Positions 17,459 to 31,100 of a stretch of 64,000 bases of DNA are shown in pieces. The translations under genes and the position numbers were made by a program. How positions within the stretch are numbered: the first letter of the stretch is position 1; each line of letters opens with the position of its first letter. The notes below the pieces were generated by a model. It did no database searches. It was not told where the DNA came from and worked only from the letters and a program-made list of their open reading frames with translations. The stretch lies in NCBI RefSeq assembly GCF_009914755.1, contig NC_060944.1, one strand, 5' to 3'. The stretch is from the human T2T-CHM13v2.0 reference genome, Homo sapiens.

Positions 17459-20400
17459 CTTCTGTCTAGTTTTTATGTGAAGACATTTCCTATTTCACCA
17501 TAGGCTCCAATGTGCTCACAAACATCCCTTTGCAGATTCTACAAAAGGACTCTTTCCAAACTGCTCAATCCAAGGAAAGTTTCAACTCTGTGACATGAAT
17601 GCATACATCACAAAGAAGTTTCTCAGAATACTTCTGTCTAGTTTTTATGTAAAGAAATTTCCTGTTCACCATAGACCTGAAACACTGCAAATATCCATCT
17701 TCAGATTCGACAAAAAGACTGTTTCTAAACTGCTCAATCAAAAGAAAAGTTCAACTCTGTGAGATGAAGGTACACATCACAAAGAATTTTCTCAGAAAGC
17801 TTCTGTCAAGTTAGTTTTGTGAAGATATTCCCTATTTCACCATAGGCCTGAAAGGGCTCACAAATATCCTTTTGCATATTATACAAAAAGACTGTCTCCA
17901 AACTGCTCAATCAAAAGAAAGTTTCAACTCTGTGTGATGAATTCACACATTACAAAGAAGTTTCTTAGAATGCTTTTGTCTAGTTTTTATATGAAGATAC
18001 TTCTCTCACAATAAGCCTCAAATGGCTCAGAAGTATCCCTTTGCAGATTGTACAAAAAGACTGTTTCAAAACTGCTCAATCAAAAGAAAGTTTCAACACT
18101 GTGAGATGAATGCACACATCCAAAGAAGTTTCTCAGAAAGCTTCTGTTAAGATTTCATGTGAAGATATATCCTTTTTCACCATAGGCCTCAATGGGCTCA
18201 GAAGTATCCCTTTGTAGATTCTGCAAAAGGTCTGTTTTGAAAACTGCTCAATCCAAAGAAAGGTTCAACTCTGTGAGATGAATGCACACATTTCAAAGAA
18301 GTTTCTCACAATGGATCTGCCGAGGTTTTCTGTGAAGATATATCCTTTTTAACCATAGGCCTTAAACTGCTCATGAATATCCCTCTGCAGATACTGCAAA
18401 AAGACTGTTTCCAAACTGCTGCATCCAAAGAAATGTTCAACTCTGTGAGATGAGTACACACATCACAAAGAAGTTTTTCAGAATGCTTCTGTCTGGTTTT
18501 TATGTGAAGATATTTCCTATTTCACCATAGGCTGTAAAGGGTTCACAAATATCCATTTGCATATTCAAAAAAAAAAGACTGTTTCCAAACTGTTCAAACT
18601 ACAGAAAGGTTCAACTGTGTGAGATGAATGCACACATCAGAAAGAGGTTTCTCAGAATGCTTCTGTCTGGTTTTTAGGTTTTTATGTGAAGATATTTCCT
18701 TTTTCAGCATAGGACTCAGTGGGCTCAGAAATATCCCTTTGCAGATTCTACAAAAGGACTGTTTAGAAAACTGCTGAATCCAAAGAAAGATTCAACTCTG
18801 TGAGATTAATAGACACATCACAAAGAAGTTTTGCAGAATACATATGTCTAGTTTTTCTGTGAAGATATTTCTTTTTTCACCATAGGCCTCAAAGCACTCA
18901 AAATACCCATTTGTAGATTCTACAAAAAGAGTGTTTCCAAACTGCTCAATCAAAAGAAAGGTTCAACCCTGTGACACGGAAGCAAACATCAGAAAGAAGT
19001 TTCTCAGAAAGCTTCTGTCTAGTTTTTATGTGAAGGTATTTCCTATTTCACCATGGGCCATATAGCGCTAAGAAATATTTTTTGCAAATTCTACAAAAAG
19101 ACTGTTTCCAAACTGCTCAATCCAAAGAAAGTTTCAACTCTGTGAGATGAATGGACACATCACAAAATAGTTTATCAGAATGCTTTTGTCTAGTTTTTAT
19201 GTGAAGACATTTCTTTTTCACCCTAGGCTTCAATGGGCTCAGAAATATCCCTTTGCAGATTCCACAAAAGGACTGTTTCCAAACGGCTCAATCAAAGAAA
19301 GGTTCAACTCTATGAGATGAATGCACACATCACATAGATGTTTCTCAAAATCCTTCTGTCTATTTTATATGTGAAGGTATTTCCTTTCTCACCATAGGCC
19401 TCAAAGTGTTCCAAACATCCATTTGCTGATTCCATAAAAAGACTGTTTCCAAACTCCTCAATCAAAGAAGGATTCAACTGTATGAAATGAATTCACACAT
19501 CACAGAGATGTTTCTCACAATGTTTCTGTCTATTTTTTATGTGAAGGTATTTCCTTTTTCACCATAGGCCTCAAAGTGCTCCAAACATCCATTTGCTGAT
19601 TCCACAAAAAGACTCTTTCCAAATTGCTCAATCAAAAGAAAGGTACAACTCTGTGTGTTGAAAGCACACATCACAAAGAAGTTTCTCAGAATGCTTCTGT
19701 CTAGTTTAGATTCTACAAAAAGACTGTTTCCAAACTGCTCAATCCAAAGAAAGGTTCAACTCTGTGAGATGAATGGACACAAGACAAAGAAGTTTCTCAG
19801 AATACTTCTGTCTAGGGTTCATGTGAGATATTTCCTTTTTCACCATAGGCCTCAAAGTGCTCCAAATATCCATTTGCAGATTCCACAAAAAGACTGTGTC
19901 CAAATTGCTCAATAAAAAGGAAGTTTCAACTCTGTGAGGTGAAAGCACACATCACAAAGAAGTTTCCTAGAATGTATCTTTCTAGTTTTTTTGTGAAGAT
20001 ATTTCCTTTTTCACCATAGGCCTCAACATGCTCGAAGTATCCATTTGCAGATTCTACCAAAGGACTGTTTACAAAATGCTAAATCAAAAGAAAGTTTCAG
20101 CTCTGTGATATGAATGCATGCATCACAAAGAAGTTTCTCAGAAAGCTTCTGTTTAGTGTTTATCTGAAGATATTTCCTTTTTCACCGCAGGCTTCAAAGC
20201 CCTCCAAATATGCATTTCCAGATTCTATAAAAAATCTGTTTCCAAACTGCTCAATGAAAAGAAAGGTTCAACTCTGTGAGATGAAAGCACGTATCACAAA
20301 GAAGTTTCTCAGAATGTTTCTTTCTGGTTTTTTTATGAAGATATTTCCTTTTTCACCATAGAACTCAAAGCACTCCAAATATCCATTTGCAGATTCTACA

Positions 20401-23182
20401 AAAAGACTGTTTACAAACTGTCCAATCAAAAGAAGTTTTCGACACTGTGAGATGAATGCACTCATTACAAAGTAGTTTCTCAGAAAGCTTCTGTTTAGTT
20501 TTTATGTGAAGATATTTCCTTTTTCACCATAGGCCTCAAAACGCTCAAATTATCCATTTGCAGATTCTGCAAAAAGAGTGTTTCCAAACTGCTCAGTCAA
20601 AAGAAATGCTTAACTCTTTGAGATGAAAGCACTCATTAAATATAAGTTTCTCAAAAAGCTTCTGTCTAGCTTTTATGTGAAGGTATTTCCTATATCACCA
20701 AAGACCTCAATCGGCTGAGAAATATCCCTTTGGGGATTCTACAATAGGACTGTTTCCAAACTGCTCTAGCAAAGGAAAGGTTCAACTCTGTTAGATGAAT
20801 GCACGCATCAGAAAAAAGTTTCTCAGAAAGTTTCTGTGTAGTTTTTATGTGAAGATATTTCCTACTTCACCATAGGCCTCAAAGGGTTCACAATTATCCC
20901 TTTGTAGATTTTACAAAAAGACTGTTTCCAAATCTTCAATCAAATAAATGTTCAACTGTGTGAGATGAATGAAAACCTCACAAAGAAGTTTCTCAGAATG
21001 CTTCCATCGAATTTTTATGTAATGATATTTCCCTTTCTACCATGGGCCTCAAAGCACTCCAAATATCCATTTGCAGATTCTCCAAAAAGATGGTTTCCAA
21101 ACTTCTCAATCAAAAGAAAGGTTCAACTCTGTGAGATGGAAGCACACACCACAAAACGTTTCTTAGAAACCTTCTGTCTAGTTTTTATGGGAAGATATTT
21201 CATATTTCACCATAGGCCTCAATGGTCTCAGAAATATACCTTTGCAGATTCTACAAAAGGATTGTTTCCAAGCTGCTCAATCCAAAGAAAGGTTCAACTC
21301 TGTGAGATGAATCGACACAAGACAAAGATGTTTCTCAGAATACTTCTGTCTAGTTTTTATGTGAAGATATTTCTTTGTTCACCGTAGGCCTCAAACTGCT
21401 CGCAAACATCCCTCTACAGATACTACAAAGAGACTGTTACCAAACTGTTTAATCAAAAGAAGGGATCAACTCTGTGTTATAAATGCACATGTCACAAAGG
21501 AGTTTCTCAGAATCCTTCTGTCTAGTTTTTACGTGAAGATATTTCCTTTCTCACCAAGGCCTACAACCACTCCAAATATCCATTTGCAGATGCTACAAAA
21601 AGATCGTTTCCAAACTGTTCAATGAATAGAAGGGTTCAACTCTGTGAGATGAAAGCACACATCACAAAGAAGTTTCATAGAATGTTGCTTTCTAGTTTTT
21701 ATGTGAAGATATTTCCTTTTTCACCATAGTCCTCAAAGTGCTCCAAATATCCATTTGCAGATTCTACAAAAAGTGTGTTTCCAAACTGCTCAATCAAAAG
21801 AAACGTTCAACTCTGTGAGATAAAAGCACACATCACAAATAAGTTTCTCAGAAATCTTCTGACTAGTTTTTATGTGAAGATATTTCCTATTTCACCATAG
21901 GCCTCAATGGGCTCACAAATATCCCTTTGCAGAATCTACAAAAGGACTGTTTTGAAACTGCTCAATCAGAAGAAAGTTTCAACTCTGTGAGATGAATGCA
22001 TACATCACAAAGAAGTTTCTCAGAATGCTTCTGTCTAGTTTTTAGGTGAAGATATTTCCTTTTTCACCATAGGCGTCAAAGTGCTCCAAATATCCATTTG
22101 CATATTGTACAAAAAGTCTCTTTCCAAACTCCTCAATCAAAAGAGAGGTTCAACTCTGTGAAATGAAAGCACACTTCATGAAGAAGTTTCTCAGAATGCT
22201 TCTGTCTAATTTTTATGTGAAGATATTTCCTACTTCACCTTAGGCCATAAAGGGCTCACAAATATCCCTCTGCAGATTCTAGAAAAGGACTCTTTTCAAA
22301 CTGGTCAATCAAAAGAAAGGTTCAAATCTGTGAGATGAATGCACACATCACAAAGAAGTTTCTCCAAAAGCTTCTGTCCACTTTTTATGTGACGATATTT
22401 CCCTTTTCACCATGCCTACCAAAGAGCTCAAAATATCCCTTTGCAGATTCTCAGAAAAGACTGTTTCCAAACTTCTCAATCAAAAGAATGGTTCAACTCT
22501 GTGAAATGAATGTATATATCACAAAGAAGTTTCTCTGAAATCTTCTGTGTAGTTTTTATGTGAAGACGTTTCCTTTTTTACCATAGGCCTCAAGCCACTC
22601 ACAAATATCCCTTTGCAGATTTTACAAGAACAGAGTTTCCAGACTCATCAAGGAATAGAAACTTTTATCTCTCTGAGACGAGTGCACACCTTGCAAAACA
22701 GCTTCTCAGAAACATTCTTTATAGTTTTTATTGAAGATGTTTCCTTTTTCACCATAGGCCTCCTAGAGCTGAAAAATATCCCTTTTCAGATTCTACAAAA
22801 AGTCTGTTTACAAACTGCTCAATTAAGAGAATGGTTCAACTCTGTGAGATGAATGCACACATCACAAAGAGGTTTCTCAGAAATCTTCTGTCTAGTTTTT
22901 ATGTGAAGATATTTCCTTTCTCACCATAGGCCTCAAAGGGCTCACAAATATCCCATTGCAGTTTCTACAAATCGGCAGTTTTCAAACTGTTCAGTCAAAA
23001 GACTGTTTCAACTCTGTGAGATGAATGCACACATGACAGGGAGGTTTCTCAGAGAACTTCTGTCTATTTATTATGTGAAGGTATTTCCTTTTTCACCAAA
23101 GGCCTCAAAGCACTCACAAATATCTCCTTGCAGATTCTACAACAACAGAGTATGCAAACTGATTAATCAAAAGAAGGCATCA
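17459..23182 (-). repeat. Monomeric/divergent alpha satellite array (~33 monomers)
   Basis: Resumes in register after the L1 TSD; A-type monomers, no CENP-B box seen. Confidence 0.97.
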
Positions 23183-24365
23183 CATAAAATCTCTAGAAGA
23201 AAACCTAGGCAACAACATTCAGGACATAGGCATGGGCAAGGTCTTCATATCTAAAACACCTAAAGCAATGGTAACAAAAGCCACAATTGACAAATGGTTT
23301 CTCATTAAACTAAGGAGCTTCTGCACAGCAAAAAAACCACCATCAGAGTGAACAGGAATCCTATAGAATGGGAGAAAAATTTTGCAACCTACTCATCTGA
23401 CAAATGGCTAATATCCAGAATCTACAATGAACTCAGGCAAATTTACAGGAAAAAAAACAAACAACCCCATCAAAAAGTGGGCGAAGGATATGAACAGACA
23501 TTTCTCAAAAGAAGACATTTACGCAGCCAATGAACAAATGAAAAAATGCTCATCTTCACTGGCCATCAGAGAAATGCAAGTCAAAATCACAATGAGATAC
23601 CATCTCACACCAGTTAGAATGGCAATCATTAAAAAGTCAGGAAACAACAGGTGCTGGAGAGGATGTGAGAAATAGGAACACTTTTGCACTGTTGGTGGGA
23701 CTGTAAACTAGTTCAACCATTGTGGAAGTCGGTATGGCGATTCCTCAGGGATCTAGAACTAGAAATACCACTTGACCCAGCCATCCCATTACTGGGTATA
23801 TATACCCAAAGGATTATAAATCATGCTGCCATAAAGACACATGCACACGTATGTTTATAGCGGCACTATTCACAATAGCAAAGACTTGGAACCAACGTAA
23901 ATGTCCAACAACGATAGACTGGATGAAGAAAATGTGGCACATATCCATCATGGAACACTATGCGGCCATAAAAAATGATGAGTTCATGTCCTTTGTAGGG
24001 ACATGGATGAAGCTGGAAACCATCATTCTCAGCGAACTATCACAAGGATAAAAAATAAAACACCACATGTTCTCACTCATAGTTGGGAATTGATCAAAGA
24101 GAACACATGGACACAGGAAGGGAAACATCACACACCACACACCACACAACAGGGATTGTAGTCGGGTGGGAGGAGGGGGAGGGGGAGGGATAGCATTAGG
24201 AAATATACCTAATGCTAAATGATGAGTTCATGGGAGCAACACACAAACATGGCACATGTATACATATGTAACAATCCTGCACGTTGTACACGTTCCCTAA
24301 AACTTAAATTATAATAATAATAAAAGTAAATAATTAAAACATAAACCCAGAGCTCCAAAAAAAAA
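23183..24365 (+). mobile_element. 5'-truncated LINE-1 (L1PA4-like), ~1.15 kb 3' fragment
   Basis: ORF2 C-terminal peptides ([24 protein letters not shown]; [15 protein letters not shown]), 3'UTR GATAGCATTAGGAAATATACCTAATGCTAAATGATGAGTT and an A-rich tail. Degenerate 14-bp TSD AAAAGAAGGCATCA (23169-23182) vs AAAAGAATGGATCA (24362-24375). Confidence 0.94.
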
Positions 24366-25135
24366 GAATGGATCAACTCTATGAGATGAATGCATAAATC
24401 ACAAATAAGTTCCTCAGAAAGCTTCTGTGTACATTTTATATGAAGATATTTTCTTTTTCACCATAAGCCTCAAAGCGCTCACAAATATCCCTTTGCAGAT
24501 TCTACAAGAAAAGAGTTTCCCATCTACTCAATGAAAAGAAACATTTACCTCTGTGAGATGAATGCACACATAACAAAGCAGTTTCTCAGAAACATTCTGT
24601 ATAGTTTTTATGTGAAAATATTTCCTTTTTCCCCATAGGACTCAAAGCGCTCACAAATATCCCTTTGCTGATTCTTCAAAAAGACTGTTTCCAAACTGCT
24701 CAATCAAAAGAATGTTTCAACTGTTTGAAAGGAATGCACACATAAAACAGAAGTGTCTCAGAAAGCTTCTGTCTAGTATTCATGTGAAGATATTTCCTTT
24801 CTCACCATTGGCCTCCAAGTGTACCCAAATATCCCTTTGCAGATTCTACAAAAAGACTGTTACCAATATGCTAAATCAATAGAAAGGTTCAAGTCTGTGA
24901 GATGAATTCAAACATCACAGAGCACTTTCTCAGAAACCATCTTTCTAGTTTTTCTGTGAAGATTTTTCCTTTTTCACCTCAGGTTTCAAAGTGCTCACAA
25001 ATATCCTTTTGTAGATTCTACAAAAAGACTGTTACCAAACCTCTCAATCAAAAGAATGGTTAAACTCTGTGAGATGAATGCACATATCACAAAAAAGTTT
25101 CTCAGAAATCTTCTATCTAGTCTTTATGTGAAGAT
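24362..25135 (-). repeat. Alpha satellite, last ~4.5 monomers before the satellite-3 junction
   Basis: Alphoid monomers ending abruptly at ...TTTATGTGAAGAT (25135). Confidence 0.96.
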
Positions 25136-28100
25136 CAGAATGCAGTGGAATGAAATAGAATGGAACAGAATGGAAGTGAATGGAATGGAGTGGAGTGGAA
25201 TGGAATGGAATGGAACGGAGTAGAGTGGAGTTGTGACGGTTGGAGAGGAGTGGAGTGGAGAGGAGTGGAACAGAATGGAGTGGATTTGAAAGGAATGGAA
25301 TGGAATGGAGTGCAGTGGAGAGGAGTGGAATCAAATGGAATGGAGTGGACTGGAATGGAGTGGAGTGGAATGGGATGGAGTGGAGGGGAGAGGAGTGGAT
25401 TAAAGTGGAGTGAAGTGGAGTGGATTGGAGAGTGGAGTGGAGTGGAGTTGAATGCAGTGCAATGGAATGGAATGGAGTGGAAAGGAATGCAATAGAGTGT
25501 AATGGAATGGAGGGGAGTGAAGTGAAAAGGAATGGATTAGAGTGGAATGGAATGGAGTGGAGTGAAGTGGAAAGGAATGGATTAGAGTGGAATGGAATGG
25601 AGTGGAGTGCAGTGGAGAGGAGTGGAATGGAGTGGAAGGGAGTGAAATGGAGTGGAGTGGAATGGAATGGAGTGGAATGGAATGGAACGGAATGGAACCA
25701 AATGGAACTGAATGGAAAGGAGTGGAATGGAGTGGAGTGGAGTGCAGCGGAGGTGAGAGGAGTGGATCAGAATGCAGTGGAATGGAATGAAATGCAATGG
25801 AGTGGAGTGGAGTGGAGTGGATTGGAGTGGAGTGAAGAGGAGAGGAATGGAGTGAATGGCATGGATTAGAGTAGAATGGATTGCAATGGAAAGGAATGGA
25901 ATGCAACAGAATGGAACAGAATGGAGAACAGTGGAGTGGAGTTGAGTGGAGTGGATCAGAATGCAGTGGAATGGAATGGAATGGAATGCAATTCAATGGA
26001 GTGGAGTGGAATGGAGTGGAGTGGAGTGGACTGGAATGGAATGGAATGGAGTGGAGTGTGTAATGGAAAGGATTGGAGTGGAACGAAATGGAGTGGAGCA
26101 GAGAGAAATGGAGTGGAGTGGAATGTCATTGAGAGGAGCGGAATGGAGTGGAGTGGAGTGGAACGGAATGGATTGGAATAGAATGGAAAGAAGTGGAGTG
26201 GAGTGGATTGGATTGGAGTGCAGTGGAATGGAATGGAGTGGAATGGAATGGAGTGGAGTGGAGTGCAGTGGAGTGGAGTGGAGTGGAGTGCAGTAGAGTG
26301 GAGTGGAGTGGAGTGGACCAGAGTGCAGTCGAATCGAATGGAATGGAGTAGAATGGAATGGAGTGGAGTGGAGTGCAGTGGAGTGGAGTGGAGTGGAGTG
26401 CAGTAGAGTGGAGTGGAGTTGAGTGGAGTGGACCAGAGTGCAGTTGAATCGAATGGAATGGAGTGGAGTGGAGTGGAGTAGAGAGGAATTTAATGGAATG
26501 GAGTGGATTGAAATGATGTGGAGTGGAAAGGAATGGAATGGAAAGGAATGGAATGTAATGGAAAGGAGTGGAATGGAATGGAATGGAGTGGAGTGGAGTG
26601 CAGAGGAGTTGAGTCGAGTGGATGAGAGTGCAGTGGAATGGAATGGAATGGAATGGAACGGAATGGAATGGAATGGAATGGAGTGGACTGGAATGGAGTG
26701 CAGTGGAGTGGAGTGGAATGGAATGGAATGGAGTTGAATGGAATGGAATGGAACGCAATCGTGAAAGGAAATGAGAGCTAAGATTTTGCCACTGCACTCC
26801 ACTCTGGGAGACAGAGTGAGATCCAGTTGAAATAAAGGAATTGAATGGAATGGAGTAGAATGGAATGGAATGGAGGGGAGTGGATTGAAGAGTAGTGGAT
26901 TGGAGTGGAATGGAGGGTAATGGAATGGAGTGGAGTGGAATGGAATGGAATGGAATGGAATGGAGTGGAGTGGAGTGGAATGGAATGGAATGCAATGGAA
27001 TGGAATGGAATGGAACAGAAATGAATGCAATGGAACAGAACAAAGTGGAGAGGAGAGCAGTTGAGTGGAGTGTATCCAAGTGGATTGGACTGGAATGGAA
27101 TGGAATGGAATGGAATGGAATGGAATGGAAAGGAATGGCATGGAATGCAGTGGAGTGGAATGGAATGGAATGGAATACAATGGAATGGAATGGAATGGTG
27201 AAATATAACGTGAGCTAAGACTGTGCCACTGCACTACAGTCTTGTTAACAGAGTTACATCCAATTGAGATAAAGGAATGGGATGGAGTAGAGTGGAATGG
27301 AATGGATTGGAGTGGAATGGAATGGAGTGCAATGGAGTGGAGTGGACAGGAATGGAATGGAGTGGAATGGAGTGGAAAGGAATGAAATGGAATGGAGTAG
27401 AATGGAATGGAATGGAAAGGAAAGAAGTGGAATGGAGTATAATGGAGTGGAGTGGAATTGAGTGGAGTGGAATGGAGTGTAGTGGAATGGAGTGGAATGC
27501 AATGGAAAGGAATGGAGTGGAACTGAATGGAAGGCAATTGAGTGGAATGGAGTGGAGTGGAGTGGAGTGCAGTGGAATGGAGTGGAATTGACTGGAATGG
27601 AATGGAGTGGAATGAAATGGAATGGATGGAATGGAATGGAACAGAACGGAACGGAACAGAATAGAATGGAGTGGACTTGAGTGGAGTGTAGTGGAGTTGA
27701 GTGGAGTTGAACGGAGTGCAGTGGAATGGAATGGAATGAAGTGGAGTTGAGCGAAGCGGAGTGGAGAGGAGTGGAGTGGAGTGGACTGGAGTAGAATGGA
27801 GTGGAATGGAATGGAATGGAGAGGAATGGAATGAGATGGAATTGAATGGAATGGAACGGAAGGGAACAGAGTGTAGTGGAGTAGTGTGGAGTTGAGTGGA
27901 GTGGATTGCAGTGCAGTTGAAAGGAATGGAAGGGAATGGAATTGAATGGAGTGTAGTGGAATGGAATGGAATGGAATGGATTGGAGTGGAGTGGAGTGGA
28001 ATGGAGAGAACTGGAAACTGAGGGAATGGAATGGAGTGGAGTAAAGCGGAGTGGAGTGGAATGGAATAAAATGGAATGGAATGCAACGGAACGGAACGGA

Positions 28101-31100
28101 ACAGAATGGAATGGAATGGAATGGAACGGCACAGAACGGAACGGAACGGAACGGAATGGAATGGAATGGTGAAATGTAATGTTAGCTAACACTGTGTCAC
28201 TGCGCTCCATTCTGGGTGTCAGAGTGAGATCCAATCGAAATAAAGGAATGTAATGGAATGGAGTAGAAAGGAATGGAATAGAGTGGATGGGAATGGAACG
28301 GAGTGGAATGGAGTGGAGTGGAATGGAGTGGATTGGAATGGAATGGAGGGGAGGGGAGGGGAGGGGAGAGGAGTGGAGTGGAGTGGAATGGAGTGGAAAG
28401 GAGTGAAATGGAGTGTAATGGAATGGAGTGGAGTGTAATGGAATGGAGTGGAATGGAACTGAAAGGTATAGAATGAAACGGAACGGAATGGAACGTATTG
28501 GAGAGGAGTGCAGTGGAGTGGACTGGAGTACAGTTGAATGGAATGGAATGAAACGGAATTCGCTGGACTGGAATGGAATGGAATGGAAAGGAATGGAATG
28601 GAATGGAATCGAATCAAATTGAATGGAATGGATTGGAGAGGAGAGGATTGGAGTGGAATGGAGAGAACTGGAAACAGATGGAATGGAAAGGAGTGGAGTG
28701 AAGTGGAGTGGAGTGGAATGGAATAGAATGGAAAGGAAAGGAATGGAATGGAATGGAATGGAATGGAATGGAAGGGAATGGAATGCAATGCAATGGAATA
28801 GTGAAATGTAATGTTAGCTAAAATTGTGTCACTGCACTCCAGTCTGTGTATCAGAGTGAAATCCAATCGAAATAAAGGAATGGAACGGAATGCAGTAGAA
28901 TGGAATGAAATGGAGTGGTAGGAATGGAACGGATTGGAATGGAGTGGAGTGGAGTGGATTGGAATAGAATGGAGGGGAGGGGAGTGGAGTGCATTGGAGT
29001 GGAATGGAGTGGAAAGGAGTGAAATGGAGAGGAATGGAATGGAGTGGAGTGGAATGGAATGGAGTGGAAGGAATGGAATGGAATGGAATGGAACATATTC
29101 GAGTGGAGTGCAGTGGAGTTGAGAGGAGTGGATTGGAGTGCAGTTGAATGGAATGGAATGGAACGGAATTGAAAGGAGTGGAGAGGAATGGAATGCAATG
29201 AAATGGAATGGAATGGAGGGGAGCGGATTGGAGTGGAGTGGAGTGGAATGGAGAGAACTGGAAACTGATGGAATGGAATGGAGTGGAGTGAAGTGGAGTG
29301 GAGTGGAACGAAATATAATGCAAAGGAATGGAATGGAATGGAATGGAATGGAATGGAATGGAATGGAATGGAATGGAATGGTGAAATGTAATGTTAGCTA
29401 AGATTGGGTCACTGCACTCCAGTCTGGGTGTCAGAGTGAGATCCAAACCAAATAAAGCAATGGAATGGAATGGAGTAGAATGGAATTCAATGGAGTGGAT
29501 TGGAATGGAACGGAGTGGAATGGAGTGGAGTGGAGTGAAGTGGATTGGAATGCAATGGAGGGTAGTGGAGTTGAGTGGAGTGGAAAGAAGTGAAATAGAT
29601 AGGAATGGAATGGAGTGGAGTGGAATGGAATGGAGTGGAATGGAAATGAACACTAAGGAAAGAAATGGAAAGGAATGGAACGTATTGGAGTGGATTGCAG
29701 TGGAGTTGAGTGGAGTGGATCGAAGTGCAGTGGAATGGAATACAATGGAATGGAATTGAGTGGAGTGGAGTGGAGTGGAATGGAATGGAGTTGAATGGAA
29801 TGGAATGGTGAAATGAAATGAGAGCTAAGACTTCGCCACTGCACTACAGTCTGGGTGACAGAGTGAGATTCAGTTGAAATAAGGGAATCGAATGGAATGG
29901 AGTACAATGGAACGGAACAGAGTGGAGTGGAGTGAAGAGCAGTGGATTGGAGTGGAATGGAGGGAAATGTAATGGAGTGGAGTGGAATGGAAAGGAATGG
30001 AATGGAATGGAATGGAACAGAATGGAATGGAACGGAATGGAAAAAAGTGGAGTAGAGTGCAGTTGAGTGGAGTGTATTGGAGTGGACTGGAATGGAATGG
30101 AATGGAATGGAATGGCATAGAATGGAGTGGAGTGGAGTGGAGTAGAATGGAATGGAATGTTGAAATGTAATGTGAGCTAAGATTCTGCCACTGCACTACA
30201 CTCTGGGTGACAGAGTAACATCCAATAAAAATAAAGGAGTGGAATGGAATGGAGTAGAGTGGAATTGAATGGAGTGGAGTGGAATGGAACGGAACGGAAA
30301 GGAGTAGAATGAAGTGGAGTGGACAGTAATGGAAAGGAGTTGGAATGGAGTGGAGAGCAATGGAGTGGAAGGGAATGAAATGGAATGGAGGAGAAGGGAA
30401 CAAAAAGGAATGGAATGAATTGAAATGGAGTATAATGGAGTGGAGTGGAGTGGAATGGAGTGGAGAGGAATGGAGTGTATTGGAATGGAGTGGAATGCAA
30501 CGGAATGGAATGGAGTGCAATTGAGTGGAACGGAATGGAGTGCAGTGCAGTGGAGTGCAGTGGAAAGGAGTGGAATGGAGTGGAATGGAATGGAGTGAAG
30601 TGGAATGGAGTGGAGTGGAATGGAATGGAAAGGTACAGAATGGAACAGAACAGAATAGAATGCAGTGGAGTTGAGTGGAGTGTAGTGGAGTTGAGTGGAG
30701 TGGAACGGAATGCAGTGGAATGGAATGGAGGGGAGTGGATTGGAGTGGAATGGAGTGGAATGGAGTAGAATGGAGTGGAAAGGAATGCAGTGTAGTGGAA
30801 TGGAGTGGAATGGAACGGAATAGAATTGAATGCAATGGAATGGAATGGAACGGAAGGGAAAGAAGTTGAGTGGAGTAGTGTGGAGTTGAGTGGAGTGGAT
30901 TGGATTGCAGTTCAATGGAAGGGAACAGAATGGAATGGAATGGAATGGAGTGGAGTGGAAAGGAAAGGAATGGAATGGAATGGAATGGAATGGAATGGAA
31001 TGGAATGGAATGGAATAGAAGGGATTGATTGGAGAGCAGTGGAGTGGAATGGAGAGAACTGGAAACTGATGAAATGGAACAGAGTAGAGTAAAGTGGAGT

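Noticed and set aside
25993-28086. 697-aa minus-strand ORF and many other HSIPF/MEWNG-repeat ORFs across 25113-63980
   Set aside because: Translation artefacts of (CATTC/CACTC)n: the pure pentamers contain no stop codon in any frame, so long low-complexity ORFs are expected. No domain, promoter or splice evidence.
28345-28372. Short (GGAGG)n G-rich tract as a G-quadruplex regulatory element
   Set aside because: Only four to five pentamer variants arising by slippage; nothing in the sequence supports a function.
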